A stretch of 24,000 bases of DNA, from positions 866,680 through 890,679 of the forward strand of contig NZ_JAAOIX010000001.1 in NCBI RefSeq assembly GCF_011440395.1. The letters run 5' to 3'. Under the pieces are notes generated by a model that was not told the DNA's origin, searched no databases, and worked only from the letters and a program-made list of their open reading frames with translations. Source of the stretch: Pseudomaricurvus alcaniphilus. Lineage in GTDB: Bacteria; Pseudomonadota; Gammaproteobacteria; Pseudomonadales; Cellvibrionaceae. Shown piece by piece: positions 15,510 through 24,000 of the stretch (within the stretch, counting starts at the first letter, position 1; each line of letters starts with the position of its first letter). A program made the translations under genes and the position numbers.

Positions 15510-17057
15510 TCAAGCCCCATCGATAAACCTGCCACCGCCATAAACCTTACGTTGCAATAACGGCGAGACGCGGTAACGATCTTCACCATAGGTGTACAAC
15601 AGGTTCTTTAAAACCTGTTCTATATAAACAAGACCAATATGATCAGCCCAGGCCAAAGGCCCCTGGGGGTAGTTCACCCCATCGCGCATGGCCGTATCCA
15701 CCGCCTCGGCATTGCACACTTGCTGGTTGACCGCATCTGCCCCTTCATTCGCCAGCGCGCACAATGTCCGCATTACGACCATACCGGGTATATCGTCAAT
15801 CACCGAGACCTGCTTGCCGATGGCCTTGAACAAGCCAATCGCCTTATCCAGTGACGCAGCGTCAGCCTGGTCAGAAGCACAGATCGCAATTCGTTGCGCA
15901 TTGCTATAATCCAGCGCCAGGTCAAACAGAACTACATTGGGGTTGTCACTCTGGGCACTGACTTGAGTCGCCGTTCGACCGTCCGTTAGTCGCACCATCA
16001 CACCTTCTATTTCGATACAGCTATCACCTGAGGTCGGTTTGGCGTCTATCTCAATACCGGCATTGGCAAACTGGTTACGCAGGGGCTCGCAAACACCCAA
16101 CTCACCGTAAATGCTGATACGGCCAGGCTTGAACCCTGAATCTGCATTCGAGGGGACTGCAGCAACGGCTTGCTCGCTATAGTCATAGAAACCACGGCCA
16201 CTTTTGCGCCCCAGAAACCCGGCATTTACGTACTCCAGTTGCACCACTGCAGGCTTGAAGCGGGGATCCTGGTAAAAAGCGTTAAACACCGACTCGGACA
16301 CGGCATAATTGACGTCGTTGCCAATAAGATCCATCAGTTCGAAGGGGCCCATGCGAAAACCACCACTCTCCCTGGCAATGGCATCTATGGTGGGGATATC
16401 CGCTCCGCCCTCCTGAAACACTCGCATGGCTTCCGTATAAAATGGCCGCGCGACGCGGTTGACGATAAAGCCGGGTGTCGATTTTGCGTGCACGGGATTC
16501 TTGCCCCAGGCCAACGCTGTTTCGTAAACGCATGCAGCAATCTTCGGGTCAGTGGCAACGCCGCTGATGACCTCGACCAGCTTCATAACCGGTGCCGGAT
16601 TAAAAAAATGCATGCCCACCAAATTCCACGGCCGCTTCAAGCCGGCACCAATCGCTGTTACCGATATAGAAGAGGTATTGGTAGCCAGTATCACATCGTC
16701 ACTACAGATGTCTTCCAGCCCCGCAAAGACCTTTTGCTTGATCTCAAGGCTTTCCACAATGGCTTCGATAATAAAGGACGCGTCAGCCAACGCTTCCATA
16801 GCTTCATGAGGCTCGATCCGAGCGACCAGTGCGGCGGCCTCAGCGTCACTCATCTTGCCCCGCGCCACCTGTCGCGCCAGCCCCGTGCGAATATTGTCGA
16901 TGCCACTGGTCGCAGCACCTGGCGCGGTGTCGAATAACTTCACTCTGTGACCGGCCGCGGCAGCGACCTGGGCAATACCTGCACCCATGGTGCCAGCACC
17001 AATGACGCCGATTATTTTGTCTGCTGTTAAGCTAACCATGTTATTCACAACCCTCAT
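15510..17057 (-). CDS. paaH: 3-hydroxyadipyl-CoA (3-hydroxyacyl-CoA) dehydrogenase PaaH, long form
   Basis: The N-terminal Rossmann motif is IGVIGAGTMGAGIAQ. It has the 3-hydroxyacyl-CoA dehydrogenase NAD-binding and C-terminal domains plus a duplicated C-terminal domain, as in E. coli PaaH. It follows paaF. An alternative start lies at the ATG at 17039. Confidence 0.88.
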   Translation of the reverse strand: MRVVNNMVSLTADKIIGVIGAGTMGAGIAQVAAAAGHRVKLFDTAPGAATSGIDNIRTGLARQVARGKMSDAEAAALVARIEPHEAMEALADASFIIEAIVESLEIKQKVFAGLEDICSDDVILATNTSSISVTAIGAGLKRPWNLVGMHFFNPAPVMKLVEVISGVATDPKIAACVYETALAWGKNPVHAKSTPGFIVNRVARPFYTEAMRVFQEGGADIPTIDAIARESGGFRMGPFELMDLIGNDVNYAVSESVFNAFYQDPRFKPAVVQLEYVNAGFLGRKSGRGFYDYSEQAVAAVPSNADSGFKPGRISIYGELGVCEPLRNQFANAGIEIDAKPTSGDSCIEIEGVMVRLTDGRTATQVSAQSDNPNVVLFDLALDYSNAQRIAICASDQADAASLDKAIGLFKAIGKQVSVIDDIPGMVVMRTLCALANEGADAVNQQVCNAEAVDTAMRDGVNYPQGPLAWADHIGLVYIEQVLKNLLYTYGEDRYRVSPLLQRKVYGGGRFIDGA

Positions 17058-17111
17058 TCACCTTTAAATACTGGAAATACTGGCGGGCGCTTTTCCATAA
17101 ACGCAGTTACA

Positions 17112-17163
17112 CCTTTCCGGTTATCCTGAGCTTTTGCCCTGAGCTGTTATCCAGAATTGTTAT
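17112..17163. repeat. Four contiguous degenerate copies of a 13-bp tandem repeat (CCTGAGCTGTTAT consensus)
   Basis: The units are cctttccggttat, cctgagcttttgc, cctgagctgttat and ccagaattgttat. The array ends 1 nt from the paaF stop codon, in the paaF-paaH intergenic spacer. Confidence 0.7.
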
Positions 17164-17164
17164 T

Positions 17165-17944
17165 CTATGCGCCCTTGAAATTCGGTTTTCTCTTTTCCAG
17201 AAAAGCGTTAATGCCTTCGTTTCTGTCCTCGGTACCGGCCAGCATGACAAACGCCTTGCGCTCATATTTTAGCCCTGCTTCCAGTGACGTCTCGAACGCA
17301 TTGAGGAGCACATCCTTGGCCTGTTCTACGGCAATTGGCGGCTTTGCGGCAATCTTGCCGGCGATTTCAAGAGCGCGTTCGATACTGGCCTCGGGTAGGG
17401 TTACGTCTGAAACAAGGCCCGCCGCCAGGGCTTCTGCGGCGGATATAAACTCTCCCGCCAGCACCATTTTCATGGCCAGTGATTTCCCCACTGCGCGAAT
17501 CAACCGCTGGGTACCGCCTGCGCCAGGGATAATGCCCATATTTATTTCCGGCTGGCCAAATTTTGCGGTCTCGCCGGCGACAACGATATCGGCGTGCATA
17601 ACCAGTTCACAGCCGGCCCCGAGCGCATAGCCATTGACCGCCGCGATAAGCGGCTTTCGGAAATCACTGATTCGCTGCCACAGCTGCGGGCGCGGCTCAT
17701 ACAGAATGCCCAACATATCCGCTTCACTCATCGCCTTTAAGTCGGCCCCGGCGGCAAAAACCTCGGCACCACCGGTGATCACTACGGCGCGGACATCCTT
17801 ACGGGCCCCGAAATCCTCGAGCACAGACACCAGCTCTTCCAGGACGGCGGTCGACAGGGCATTTAACACTTTCGGGCGGTTGATCGTGATCAACGCGACA
17901 CCACTGGCGGGATGATCCAGCAATAGATATTTGAGGTTATTCAT
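17165..17944 (-). CDS. paaF: 2,3-dehydroadipyl-CoA hydratase (enoyl-CoA hydratase) PaaF
   Basis: From MNNLKYLLLD onward it is collinear with my recollection of E. coli PaaF (FAAGADL, AAVNGYALGAGCEL, PEINMGIIPGAGGTQRLIRAVGKSLA, TEDRNEGINAFLEKRKPNFKG). The 57-codon extension in the ORF track (to 18115) is AT-rich promoter DNA. Confidence 0.9.
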   Translation of the reverse strand: MNNLKYLLLDHPASGVALITINRPKVLNALSTAVLEELVSVLEDFGARKDVRAVVITGGAEVFAAGADLKAMSEADMLGILYEPRPQLWQRISDFRKPLIAAVNGYALGAGCELVMHADIVVAGETAKFGQPEINMGIIPGAGGTQRLIRAVGKSLAMKMVLAGEFISAAEALAAGLVSDVTLPEASIERALEIAGKIAAKPPIAVEQAKDVLLNAFETSLEAGLKYERKAFVMLAGTEDRNEGINAFLEKRKPNFKGA

Positions 17945-17992
17945 TTTGGCTTCAGCATAATCTCCAGAAGGGTAGGCATAATACTTCAAACA

Positions 17993-18029
17993 GATACACA
18001 TTTCTACATATATAGATAATGTATGTATC
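17993..18029. promoter_or_regulatory. Candidate operator upstream of paaF: GATACACAT - N21 - ATGTATC (extended right arm ATGTATGTATCAT)
   Basis: It has the same 9-mer GATACACAT and the same spacing as the paaA site. It starts 49 nt upstream of the paaF ATG. Confidence 0.45.
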
Positions 18030-18371
18030 ATTATTTTGGCTGTCAGCTTACACCATGATTCAAAAGTTATTATCAGGAGTGACGTTATAGCCAAGTGCAA
18101 TATTGACTTTGTCATGCCCGGCCTCGCTGGTTGGCATCAGCTCCGTGGTGATGGATGGCGCCGACATCGACCTGCCACCGGCACCGGCACCATTTCAAAA
18201 TGGATTTCGTACGGCCTGCAGTGAGGACTGAAAATACAAACTAATCACTCGTGGATATGCTATCTGCCTGTTTAATCTTTCTGCTTGTTCGTGCCTGGCG
18301 AATGCCCACCTTGCGCAACTGCCAATCCAAATATTTAATAATTAAAACCCCTCTATATGCAGCACAATAGC

Positions 18372-18395
18372 AACCAATTCCAATTTGTATTGGTT
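18372..18395. promoter_or_regulatory. Inverted repeat AACCAAT-N10-ATTGGTT upstream of the RND adaptor gene; possible repressor operator
   Basis: The arms are a perfect 7-bp match, lying 34-57 nt upstream of the adaptor ATG at 18429. Confidence 0.3.
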
Positions 18396-18428
18396 ATACT
18401 AACCCCCTTCACGACGCTGGATATTCCC

Positions 18429-19637
18429 ATGAAATATTTTAACCTCGTACTGTGCCTGGGCGCTGTGGCAATTTTCTCCGGCTGTAGCGACGCAACGCCG
18501 CCACAATCCGCTGCGGATATCGCCCCACCCGCGGTTATGGTTGTCGAAGTCCAGCGGCGTGACATCAATGAGGTCGCGGAAGATGTTGCTCGCACTGAGG
18601 CGACAGCCCGCGTCGAGATTCGCGCCCAGGTTACCGGTATTCTCAAGTCCCGGGCGTTCGCCGAGGGATCATTTGTCAATCAGGGTGACCTGCTCCTTGA
18701 AATCGACCCGGCCCAGTTCGAGGCTGACCTGGCTGTGGCCGCCGCCGCGGTTGCCCACGCCAAAGCTGCGCAGAAAAAAGCCGACTTGTACCTCGCCCGA
18801 CTTAAAGGCATGCGCGCGGGTGCTGTCGCTGCCGTCGACCTCGACGCCGCCATCAGCGAAGCCGCGGTTGCTGAGGCAAACTTGCAACAGATGGAGGCAC
18901 AGTGGAAGCTGGCCAAGCTTGACCTGGATCACACCCGTATCACCGCTCCCATCAGTGGTCGTATCGGCGCCAGCACCATCGATGTGGGCAACCTGGTTAG
19001 CGCCAACGGCGACAGCCTGGCGACCATTGTGCAGTCAAACCCCATTGAAGTGTCCTGGTCAATCAGCGAACGATTATTGACCAACTTTAAAGCGGAGATG
19101 CTCTCCATAAATGAGGAACCGGTGATCGTTGACAAGGTCATTCCCCGGCTGCGCCTTTCCAATGGCGAGGAATATACGCACACGGGCGAAATATTTTTTG
19201 TCGATAACGAAGTCAACCCGAGAACCGGGACGGTTACCATTCGCGCCCGCTTTGCCAATGGGGAAGGCCTGCTGATCCCGGGGCAATTTGTCACCGCGCT
19301 GCTGCAGTTGCGCCGCAGCCAGAGTCGACTGTTGATTCCCCAGGCTGCAGTCCAGCAGGACATGCAGGGCTACTTTGTGCTGGTGGTAACAGCGGATAAT
19401 CGGGTGGAGCAGCGCCACGTTGAACTGGGCAACAGGTTTGGCACGGAGTGGATCGTCAACCAGGGCCTGGAGAGCGGAGAATGGATTGTCTATCAGGGGC
19501 TGGAGAAGGTCAGGCCGGGCATAACCGTTAACCCCGCCAGAAATACCTCAGCCCTGGGGAAGCCAGCGACAATGATCAGCGATGCCATCCCTGCCGCAGA
19601 GAGTGATAACAAACAGCCCGGTGGGAGCCAGCCATGA
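18429..19637 (+). CDS. RND efflux periplasmic adaptor (membrane fusion protein, HlyD/AcrA family), lipoprotein
   Basis: I moved the start to the ATG at 18429, giving [18 protein letters not shown]|C (a lipobox). It has coiled-coil-rich barrel-sandwich hybrid features. Its stop overlaps the pump start (ATGA). Confidence 0.88.
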   Translation: MKYFNLVLCLGAVAIFSGCSDATPPQSAADIAPPAVMVVEVQRRDINEVAEDVARTEATARVEIRAQVTGILKSRAFAEGSFVNQGDLLLEIDPAQFEADLAVAAAAVAHAKAAQKKADLYLARLKGMRAGAVAAVDLDAAISEAAVAEANLQQMEAQWKLAKLDLDHTRITAPISGRIGASTIDVGNLVSANGDSLATIVQSNPIEVSWSISERLLTNFKAEMLSINEEPVIVDKVIPRLRLSNGEEYTHTGEIFFVDNEVNPRTGTVTIRARFANGEGLLIPGQFVTALLQLRRSQSRLLIPQAAVQQDMQGYFVLVVTADNRVEQRHVELGNRFGTEWIVNQGLESGEWIVYQGLEKVRPGITVNPARNTSALGKPATMISDAIPAAESDNKQPGGSQP

Positions 19638-22600
19638 TCAGTCATTTCTCCATCGACCGGCCACGTTTCGCTTACGTGGTGTCGATCCTGATTGTACTGG
19701 CGGGATTGATCTCCCTGCGCTCACTGCCGATTGAACAATACCCCGATATTACCCCGCCCCAAATCCAGGTCTCGACCTCCTATCCCGGGGCTAACGCCGA
19801 GACGGTGGAAGCGACCATCGCCACCGTTATCGAAGCCCAGGTGAACGGCGTCGAGGGCATGAGTTACATGTCGTCCACCAGTAGTAATAACGGCAGCTAC
19901 TCATTAACCGTGACCTTTGAGCTCGGGGTCGACCCGGATATCGCCGCCGTCAATGTCCAAAACCGGGTGTCTCTGGCAACCTCCGGCCTGCCCCAGGAAG
20001 TAGTCCGCCAGGGTATAACCGTCAGCAAGAAATCCACCAGCATGCTGGTGGTCTACGGATTGACGTCAGACAACGAAGACTTCGACGAATTGTTTCTGGC
20101 CAATTACGCCAGCATCAATATTCTCAACAACCTGGCCCGGGTACCGGGTGTGGGCGGTGTAGGCGCGTTCGGTGCCGGGGAATACGGTATGCGTATCTGG
20201 CTCGACCCCGATCATCTCGCCAATCTCGGCCTCACGGTTGACGACGTTAGCAGCGCCATCAAGGACCAAAACCTGCAAGCGGCCGCAGGTCGAGTCGGGC
20301 AACCACCCGGCGACAGCGCAACCCAGTTTCAATACACCCTCACCACCCAGGGGCGCCTGTCACAACCGGCGGAGTTTGAGCGTATTATTGTCCGCGCCGA
20401 CCACGACGCGTCCATTTTGCGTCTCGGGGAAGTGGCACGAGTCGAGCTGGGGGCCAGGTCCTACGACTCCACGGCGCGACTCAATGGACAGCCGGCGGCC
20501 ATGTTTGCGGTATATCAATTACCGGGTTCCAACGCGCTGCAGGTTGCCACCGCAGTGGAGCGGGAAGTACAGCGCCTGGCGGAGCAATTTCCGCAAGGGA
20601 TAAGCGCCATTAAAGTCCATGACAGCAGCGAGTTTATCCGGGTTTCCTTGCAGGAACTGGTAGAAACCCTGTTTATCGCAGTAATCCTGGTGGTCGCGGT
20701 TGTCTATCTATTTCTGCAGGACTGGCGCGCCACGCTTATACCCGCGCTGGCGATTCCGGTATCGTTAATTGGCACCTTCGCGGTGTTCAACCTGGTCGGC
20801 TTTAGCATCAACACCATCAGCCTGTTCGGGTTGGTGCTGGCCATCGGCCTGGTTGTCGATGATGCCATTGTGGTTATTGAAAACGTGCAGCGCCATATGA
20901 ACAACGGCGAGTCGCCGCTGCTGGCGACCCGGCGCGCAATGTCGGAAGTGACCAACCCGATCATTGCCACTACCCTGGTACTGCTCGCGGTGTTTGTGCC
21001 GATTGCGTTTGCCGGGGGGATTGCCGGCCGCCTCTATCAACAATTCGCGCTGACCATCGCCGTTGCTGTCACCATCTCCTCGCTGGTGGCTTTAACATTG
21101 AGCCCGGCGTTGTGTGCCACATTACTGAGGTCCCGGCCGGCAAGATCACCGGGTTCCGCGTTCAGCCGCTTCAATCGCGGCTTTGACCGTTTGACCACCC
21201 ACTATGTCGCAGCCGCCAGCGGGCTGACCAGACGCCTGGGCATATCCACTGCGCTGCTGCTCCTGGTCGGCATCGCCACTCTGGGCTTGTATACCTCAAC
21301 CCCAACGGGTTTTCTGCCGGAGGAAGATCAGGGGGTAGTATTCGTCAATTTTCAGTTACCGGATGGCGCATCGTTATCGCGCACCGATACCTTAATGAGC
21401 GAAGCGGAGCAGCTCTTGCGCAAAATACCGGGGGTTGACAAGGTTATCGCCGTGCGCGGTTATTCCCTCCTCGCCGGCAGCCGCTCCAACGGTGGTTTCG
21501 CTGTCGTGCGGCTAAAACCCTGGGGTCAGCGCAGTAGCCCGGCAACCAGCGCTGCGGCCATTGCCGGACGAATCTGGAGTGAACTCGGCAGCATACCCGG
21601 CGCCACCATCGTCGCCTTTGCCCCGCCGCCTATCGCCGGGGTAGGTTCCATGGGGGGCTTCGAACTGGCGCTGCAGGACCGCGGTAACGGTACTCCGGCG
21701 GACCTGGCGCGGGTGACCCGAGGCTTCACCTACGCCGCCAATCAGCAGCCGGCTATTGCCCGCGCATTTACGTCTTTTTCCGCCGAAGTACCGCAGATTC
21801 ACCTGGCTATCGACCGCGACCAGGTGCAGGCGCTGGGTGTATCCCTGGCCAGTGTGTTCAGTGCCCTGCAGACCAACCTGGGATCCATGGTGGTCAATGA
21901 TTTCAATATGTATGGCCACACCTACAAAGTGATGCTGCAGGCAGAGTCCCAATTTCGCGACAACCCGGCGGATATCGGTCGCTTCAGTGTGCGCAGCAGC
22001 AACGGCGACATGATCCCCCTGGCGGCATTGTTGCGCACCGAACCCACCCTGGGTCCCGAGTCATTGACCAGGCACAACATGTTTCGCTCGGCCAGCATCA
22101 GCGGTTCCGCCAACCCCGGGGCAAGCACCGGCACAGCCATGGCGGCGCTGGAGGCACTGACCGCCGCCACCCTGCCGGACAATATGGGTTTCGAGTGGAC
22201 GGGCAGTTCGCTGCAGGAAAAACAGACAGCACCGATCTGGCCCACCCTGTTGCTGTCGCTGGTGTTTGTGTTCCTGGTATTGGTCGCCCTGTATGAAAGC
22301 TGGAGCTTTCCCATCGCCGTTATCCTGATAGTACCTGTGGCAGTAGTGGGTGCTCTTGGTGCCGTGCTGTTGCGCAACCTGTCGCTCGACCTGTACGTGC
22401 AGATTGGCCTGATCATGCTGACCGGGCTCGCCACCAAACAGGCGATTCTCATAGTCGAGTTCGCCAAAGAAAAACTGGAACTGGATGGTATGTCGATACT
22501 CGAGGCAGCCAGGGAAGCGGCCCAATTGCGCTTTCGCGCGATTATTATGACCGCGTTCTCCTTTATACTCGGGATACTGCCACTGGTGTTTGCCAGCGGC

Positions 22601-22798
22601 GCCGGTGCCGGCGCTCGTATTTCCCTGGGAACCGTCGTGTTTGGCGGCATGTTGCTGGTGACGACACTGGGTACCCTGCTGATTCCGGCGTTCTTCGCTA
22701 TGATAGCGCGCGACCCCATTGCTGCCACAACGACTGACTCGCGACGCCAGGGCACCGGGTCTGCAGTACCGGAAAGCCAGTCACCCAGTCAGGGTTAG
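19634..22798 (+). CDS. RND multidrug/hydrophobe efflux pump, inner-membrane permease (AcrB/MexB-like, HAE1 type)
   Basis: It is 1054 aa with a 12-TM architecture and two large periplasmic loops. Conserved TM4 acidic residues appear in [13 protein letters not shown]. It is translationally coupled to the adaptor. Confidence 0.93.
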   Translation: MISHFSIDRPRFAYVVSILIVLAGLISLRSLPIEQYPDITPPQIQVSTSYPGANAETVEATIATVIEAQVNGVEGMSYMSSTSSNNGSYSLTVTFELGVDPDIAAVNVQNRVSLATSGLPQEVVRQGITVSKKSTSMLVVYGLTSDNEDFDELFLANYASINILNNLARVPGVGGVGAFGAGEYGMRIWLDPDHLANLGLTVDDVSSAIKDQNLQAAAGRVGQPPGDSATQFQYTLTTQGRLSQPAEFERIIVRADHDASILRLGEVARVELGARSYDSTARLNGQPAAMFAVYQLPGSNALQVATAVEREVQRLAEQFPQGISAIKVHDSSEFIRVSLQELVETLFIAVILVVAVVYLFLQDWRATLIPALAIPVSLIGTFAVFNLVGFSINTISLFGLVLAIGLVVDDAIVVIENVQRHMNNGESPLLATRRAMSEVTNPIIATTLVLLAVFVPIAFAGGIAGRLYQQFALTIAVAVTISSLVALTLSPALCATLLRSRPARSPGSAFSRFNRGFDRLTTHYVAAASGLTRRLGISTALLLLVGIATLGLYTSTPTGFLPEEDQGVVFVNFQLPDGASLSRTDTLMSEAEQLLRKIPGVDKVIAVRGYSLLAGSRSNGGFAVVRLKPWGQRSSPATSAAAIAGRIWSELGSIPGATIVAFAPPPIAGVGSMGGFELALQDRGNGTPADLARVTRGFTYAANQQPAIARAFTSFSAEVPQIHLAIDRDQVQALGVSLASVFSALQTNLGSMVVNDFNMYGHTYKVMLQAESQFRDNPADIGRFSVRSSNGDMIPLAALLRTEPTLGPESLTRHNMFRSASISGSANPGASTGTAMAALEALTAATLPDNMGFEWTGSSLQEKQTAPIWPTLLLSLVFVFLVLVALYESWSFPIAVILIVPVAVVGALGAVLLRNLSLDLYVQIGLIMLTGLATKQAILIVEFAKEKLELDGMSILEAAREAAQLRFRAIIMTAFSFILGILPLVFASGAGAGARISLGTVVFGGMLLVTTLGTLLIPAFFAMIARDPIAATTTDSRRQGTGSAVPESQSPSQG

Positions 22799-22888
22799 GT
22801 GCAAGACAGGGGCATCCGGTGTCCAATTGCTGCAGGCGTCGGGACAAATCCGGCTGATCTTCCATAGTGTCGTACTCAAAATTCAAAC

Positions 22889-22913
22889 AAAAAAAGGGCT
22901 ACCTGAGTAGCCC
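22889..22913 (-). terminator. Rho-independent terminator of the second TonB-dependent receptor gene
   Basis: The minus strand reads GGGCTAC-TCAG-GTAGCCC followed by TTTTTTT, 24 nt after the stop codon. It lies in the convergent gap facing the RND gene. Confidence 0.8.
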
Positions 22914-22937
22914 CGTTAATACCTAAAGCGTCTACCT

Positions 22938-24000
22938 CTACATTTCCCAGATAAGATCCACACCCCAGGTTCTCGGCTCGCCGTATTGCACCAGGTTGAG
23001 ACCCAGGGCATCACCGTAGTTGAAACCAAAGTTGCGATGCTCATCATCGAGCATATTCTTGCCCCACAGGGCTAGAGTAAAATTGCCACTATCTGTGTCA
23101 AGGTTCCAGGCTAGTCGACCGTTAACAATAGTGCGCTCGTCAACTGTGGCCTGCTCAAAAACCACCGGCGTATCAGGCAGCCTATTACCATTGGTGTCAT
23201 AGTTACCCACACTCGCAGTAATCGGCACTGTTTCGGTGCTCCAGCTGCCGTTCAACGACAAGTGCAAGCTGCTGTCGCCTTTATCCAGAATAGTCCAGTC
23301 CACACCCGCCATCAGTTGATTAGACGGCGACATACCACGCTGTGCGATATTGCTCATCTCTAACACCTGACCACCGTCCAGCGTTGACCCAACGCTATCC
23401 GGGTATTCTTCGTAATCACCGTGGATATAGTTGTAGGACAGAGTTAAGATCAATGCGTCCGTAGCCGCCACTTCCAGCGAGGCTTCCACGCCATAGCGCT
23501 CAGCAACACCGGCATTGGTGATAGCACTGGTTACACTGCCATTGGATTGCGGCAACAAGGTCGACACCTGCAGGTCGGTGTATTCATAGGTGTAAACACT
23601 GGCATTGAAACGCGCACGTCCGTCGAGCAGATCCGACTTTAAGCCGATCTCGTAACTTTCAATGGTTTCCTCATTGAAGGCATCGGCGTTGTCATTGACA
23701 GAGTCATAGAAGTCACCGTTGAAACCACCACTGCGATAACCGGTTGAATAGGTTGCGAACACATTCATATCGTCATTGATAATGTATTGCACGGTGAACT
23801 TGCCGGACAAATTGTAGAAGTTTTCTTCAAAACTCTTGCCAAACACACCCGCTACTTCCGCTTGCGTTTCGGCCAATTCGTCGACCACATAGTTGTCCGC
23901 AACTGGCCCACCAAAGAAGCCAAATGGATTCGAAGAGCTGCGCCACAGGTAATCGATGGTTTTCTTCTCGTGGGTGTAACGTAAACCACCGGTAAACGAC
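22938..24000 (-). CDS. TonB-dependent outer-membrane receptor, C-terminal beta-barrel part; the N-terminus lies beyond the window
   Basis: The frame stays open upstream of the GTG at 23888 through to base 24000 (..FTGGLRYTHEKKTIDYLW..). Alternating beta-strand patterns (YSTGYRSGGFN, LWGKN) are typical of TBDR barrels. Confidence 0.88.
   Translation of the reverse strand, partial: SFTGGLRYTHEKKTIDYLWRSSSNPFGFFGGPVADNYVVDELAETQAEVAGVFGKSFEENFYNLSGKFTVQYIINDDMNVFATYSTGYRSGGFNGDFYDSVNDNADAFNEETIESYEIGLKSDLLDGRARFNASVYTYEYTDLQVSTLLPQSNGSVTSAITNAGVAERYGVEASLEVAATDALILTLSYNYIHGDYEEYPDSVGSTLDGGQVLEMSNIAQRGMSPSNQLMAGVDWTILDKGDSSLHLSLNGSWSTETVPITASVGNYDTNGNRLPDTPVVFEQATVDERTIVNGRLAWNLDTDSGNFTLALWGKNMLDDEHRNFGFNYGDALGLNLVQYGEPRTWGVDLIWEM

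Noticed and set aside
17945-18115. The 57-codon N-terminal extension of the paaF ORF in the six-frame track (MTKSILHLAITS...).
   Set aside because: The extension is strongly AT-rich, has no homology to PaaF N-termini, and contains the candidate operator and promoter. Homology to E. coli PaaF begins at the internal ATG at 17944.
18357-18428. The 24-codon N-terminal extension of the RND adaptor ORF (MQHNSNQFQF...).
   Set aside because: A canonical lipoprotein signal peptide starts at the ATG at 18429 ([19 protein letters not shown]). The upstream part overlaps the AACCAAT/ATTGGTT palindrome.

Overview
This is a Gram-negative (proteobacterial-type) chromosomal segment dominated by aromatic-acid catabolism, and I see no tRNA, rRNA, CRISPR array, transposase, integrase or recognisable defence genes. 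From left to right it contains five blocks. (1) A plus-strand set: the tail of a TetR-like regulator, two SDR oxidoreductases (one 3-alpha-hydroxysteroid-dehydrogenase-like) and a secreted beta-lactamase-fold serine hydrolase. (2) A visibly AT-rich 1.3 kb island (3413-4712) with one Lys/Glu-rich helical protein that has hendecad periodicity. (3) A rearranged, split phenylacetate (paa) cluster, all on the minus strand: paaF, paaH, a 625 bp spacer, a TonB-dependent receptor, a penicillin-G-acylase-type lipoprotein, a PaaI-like thioesterase, a 6-TM protein, then paaABCDE. paaG, paaJ, paaK and paaZ are not in the window. (4) A plus-strand RND efflux pair (adaptor and pump) with no outer-membrane factor gene. 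(5) A second, partial TonB-dependent receptor on the minus strand. The most interesting signal is a candidate uptake, deacylation and catabolism module for phenylacetylated compounds. It consists of the receptor and the PGA-like lipoprotein embedded in the paa genes. It is supported by a shared inverted-repeat motif (ACACA-N23-TGTRT with extended arms) upstream of paaA, paaF and the receptor gene. Several short degenerate tandem repeats (18, 14 and 13 bp units) lie in the intergenic regions, two of them abutting gene stop codons. The supplied ORF track uses TTG and GTG starts and some N-termini are over-extended, so I adjusted starts where the sequence supports it. Nothing here is proven to be a new system; the claims are ranked hypotheses.
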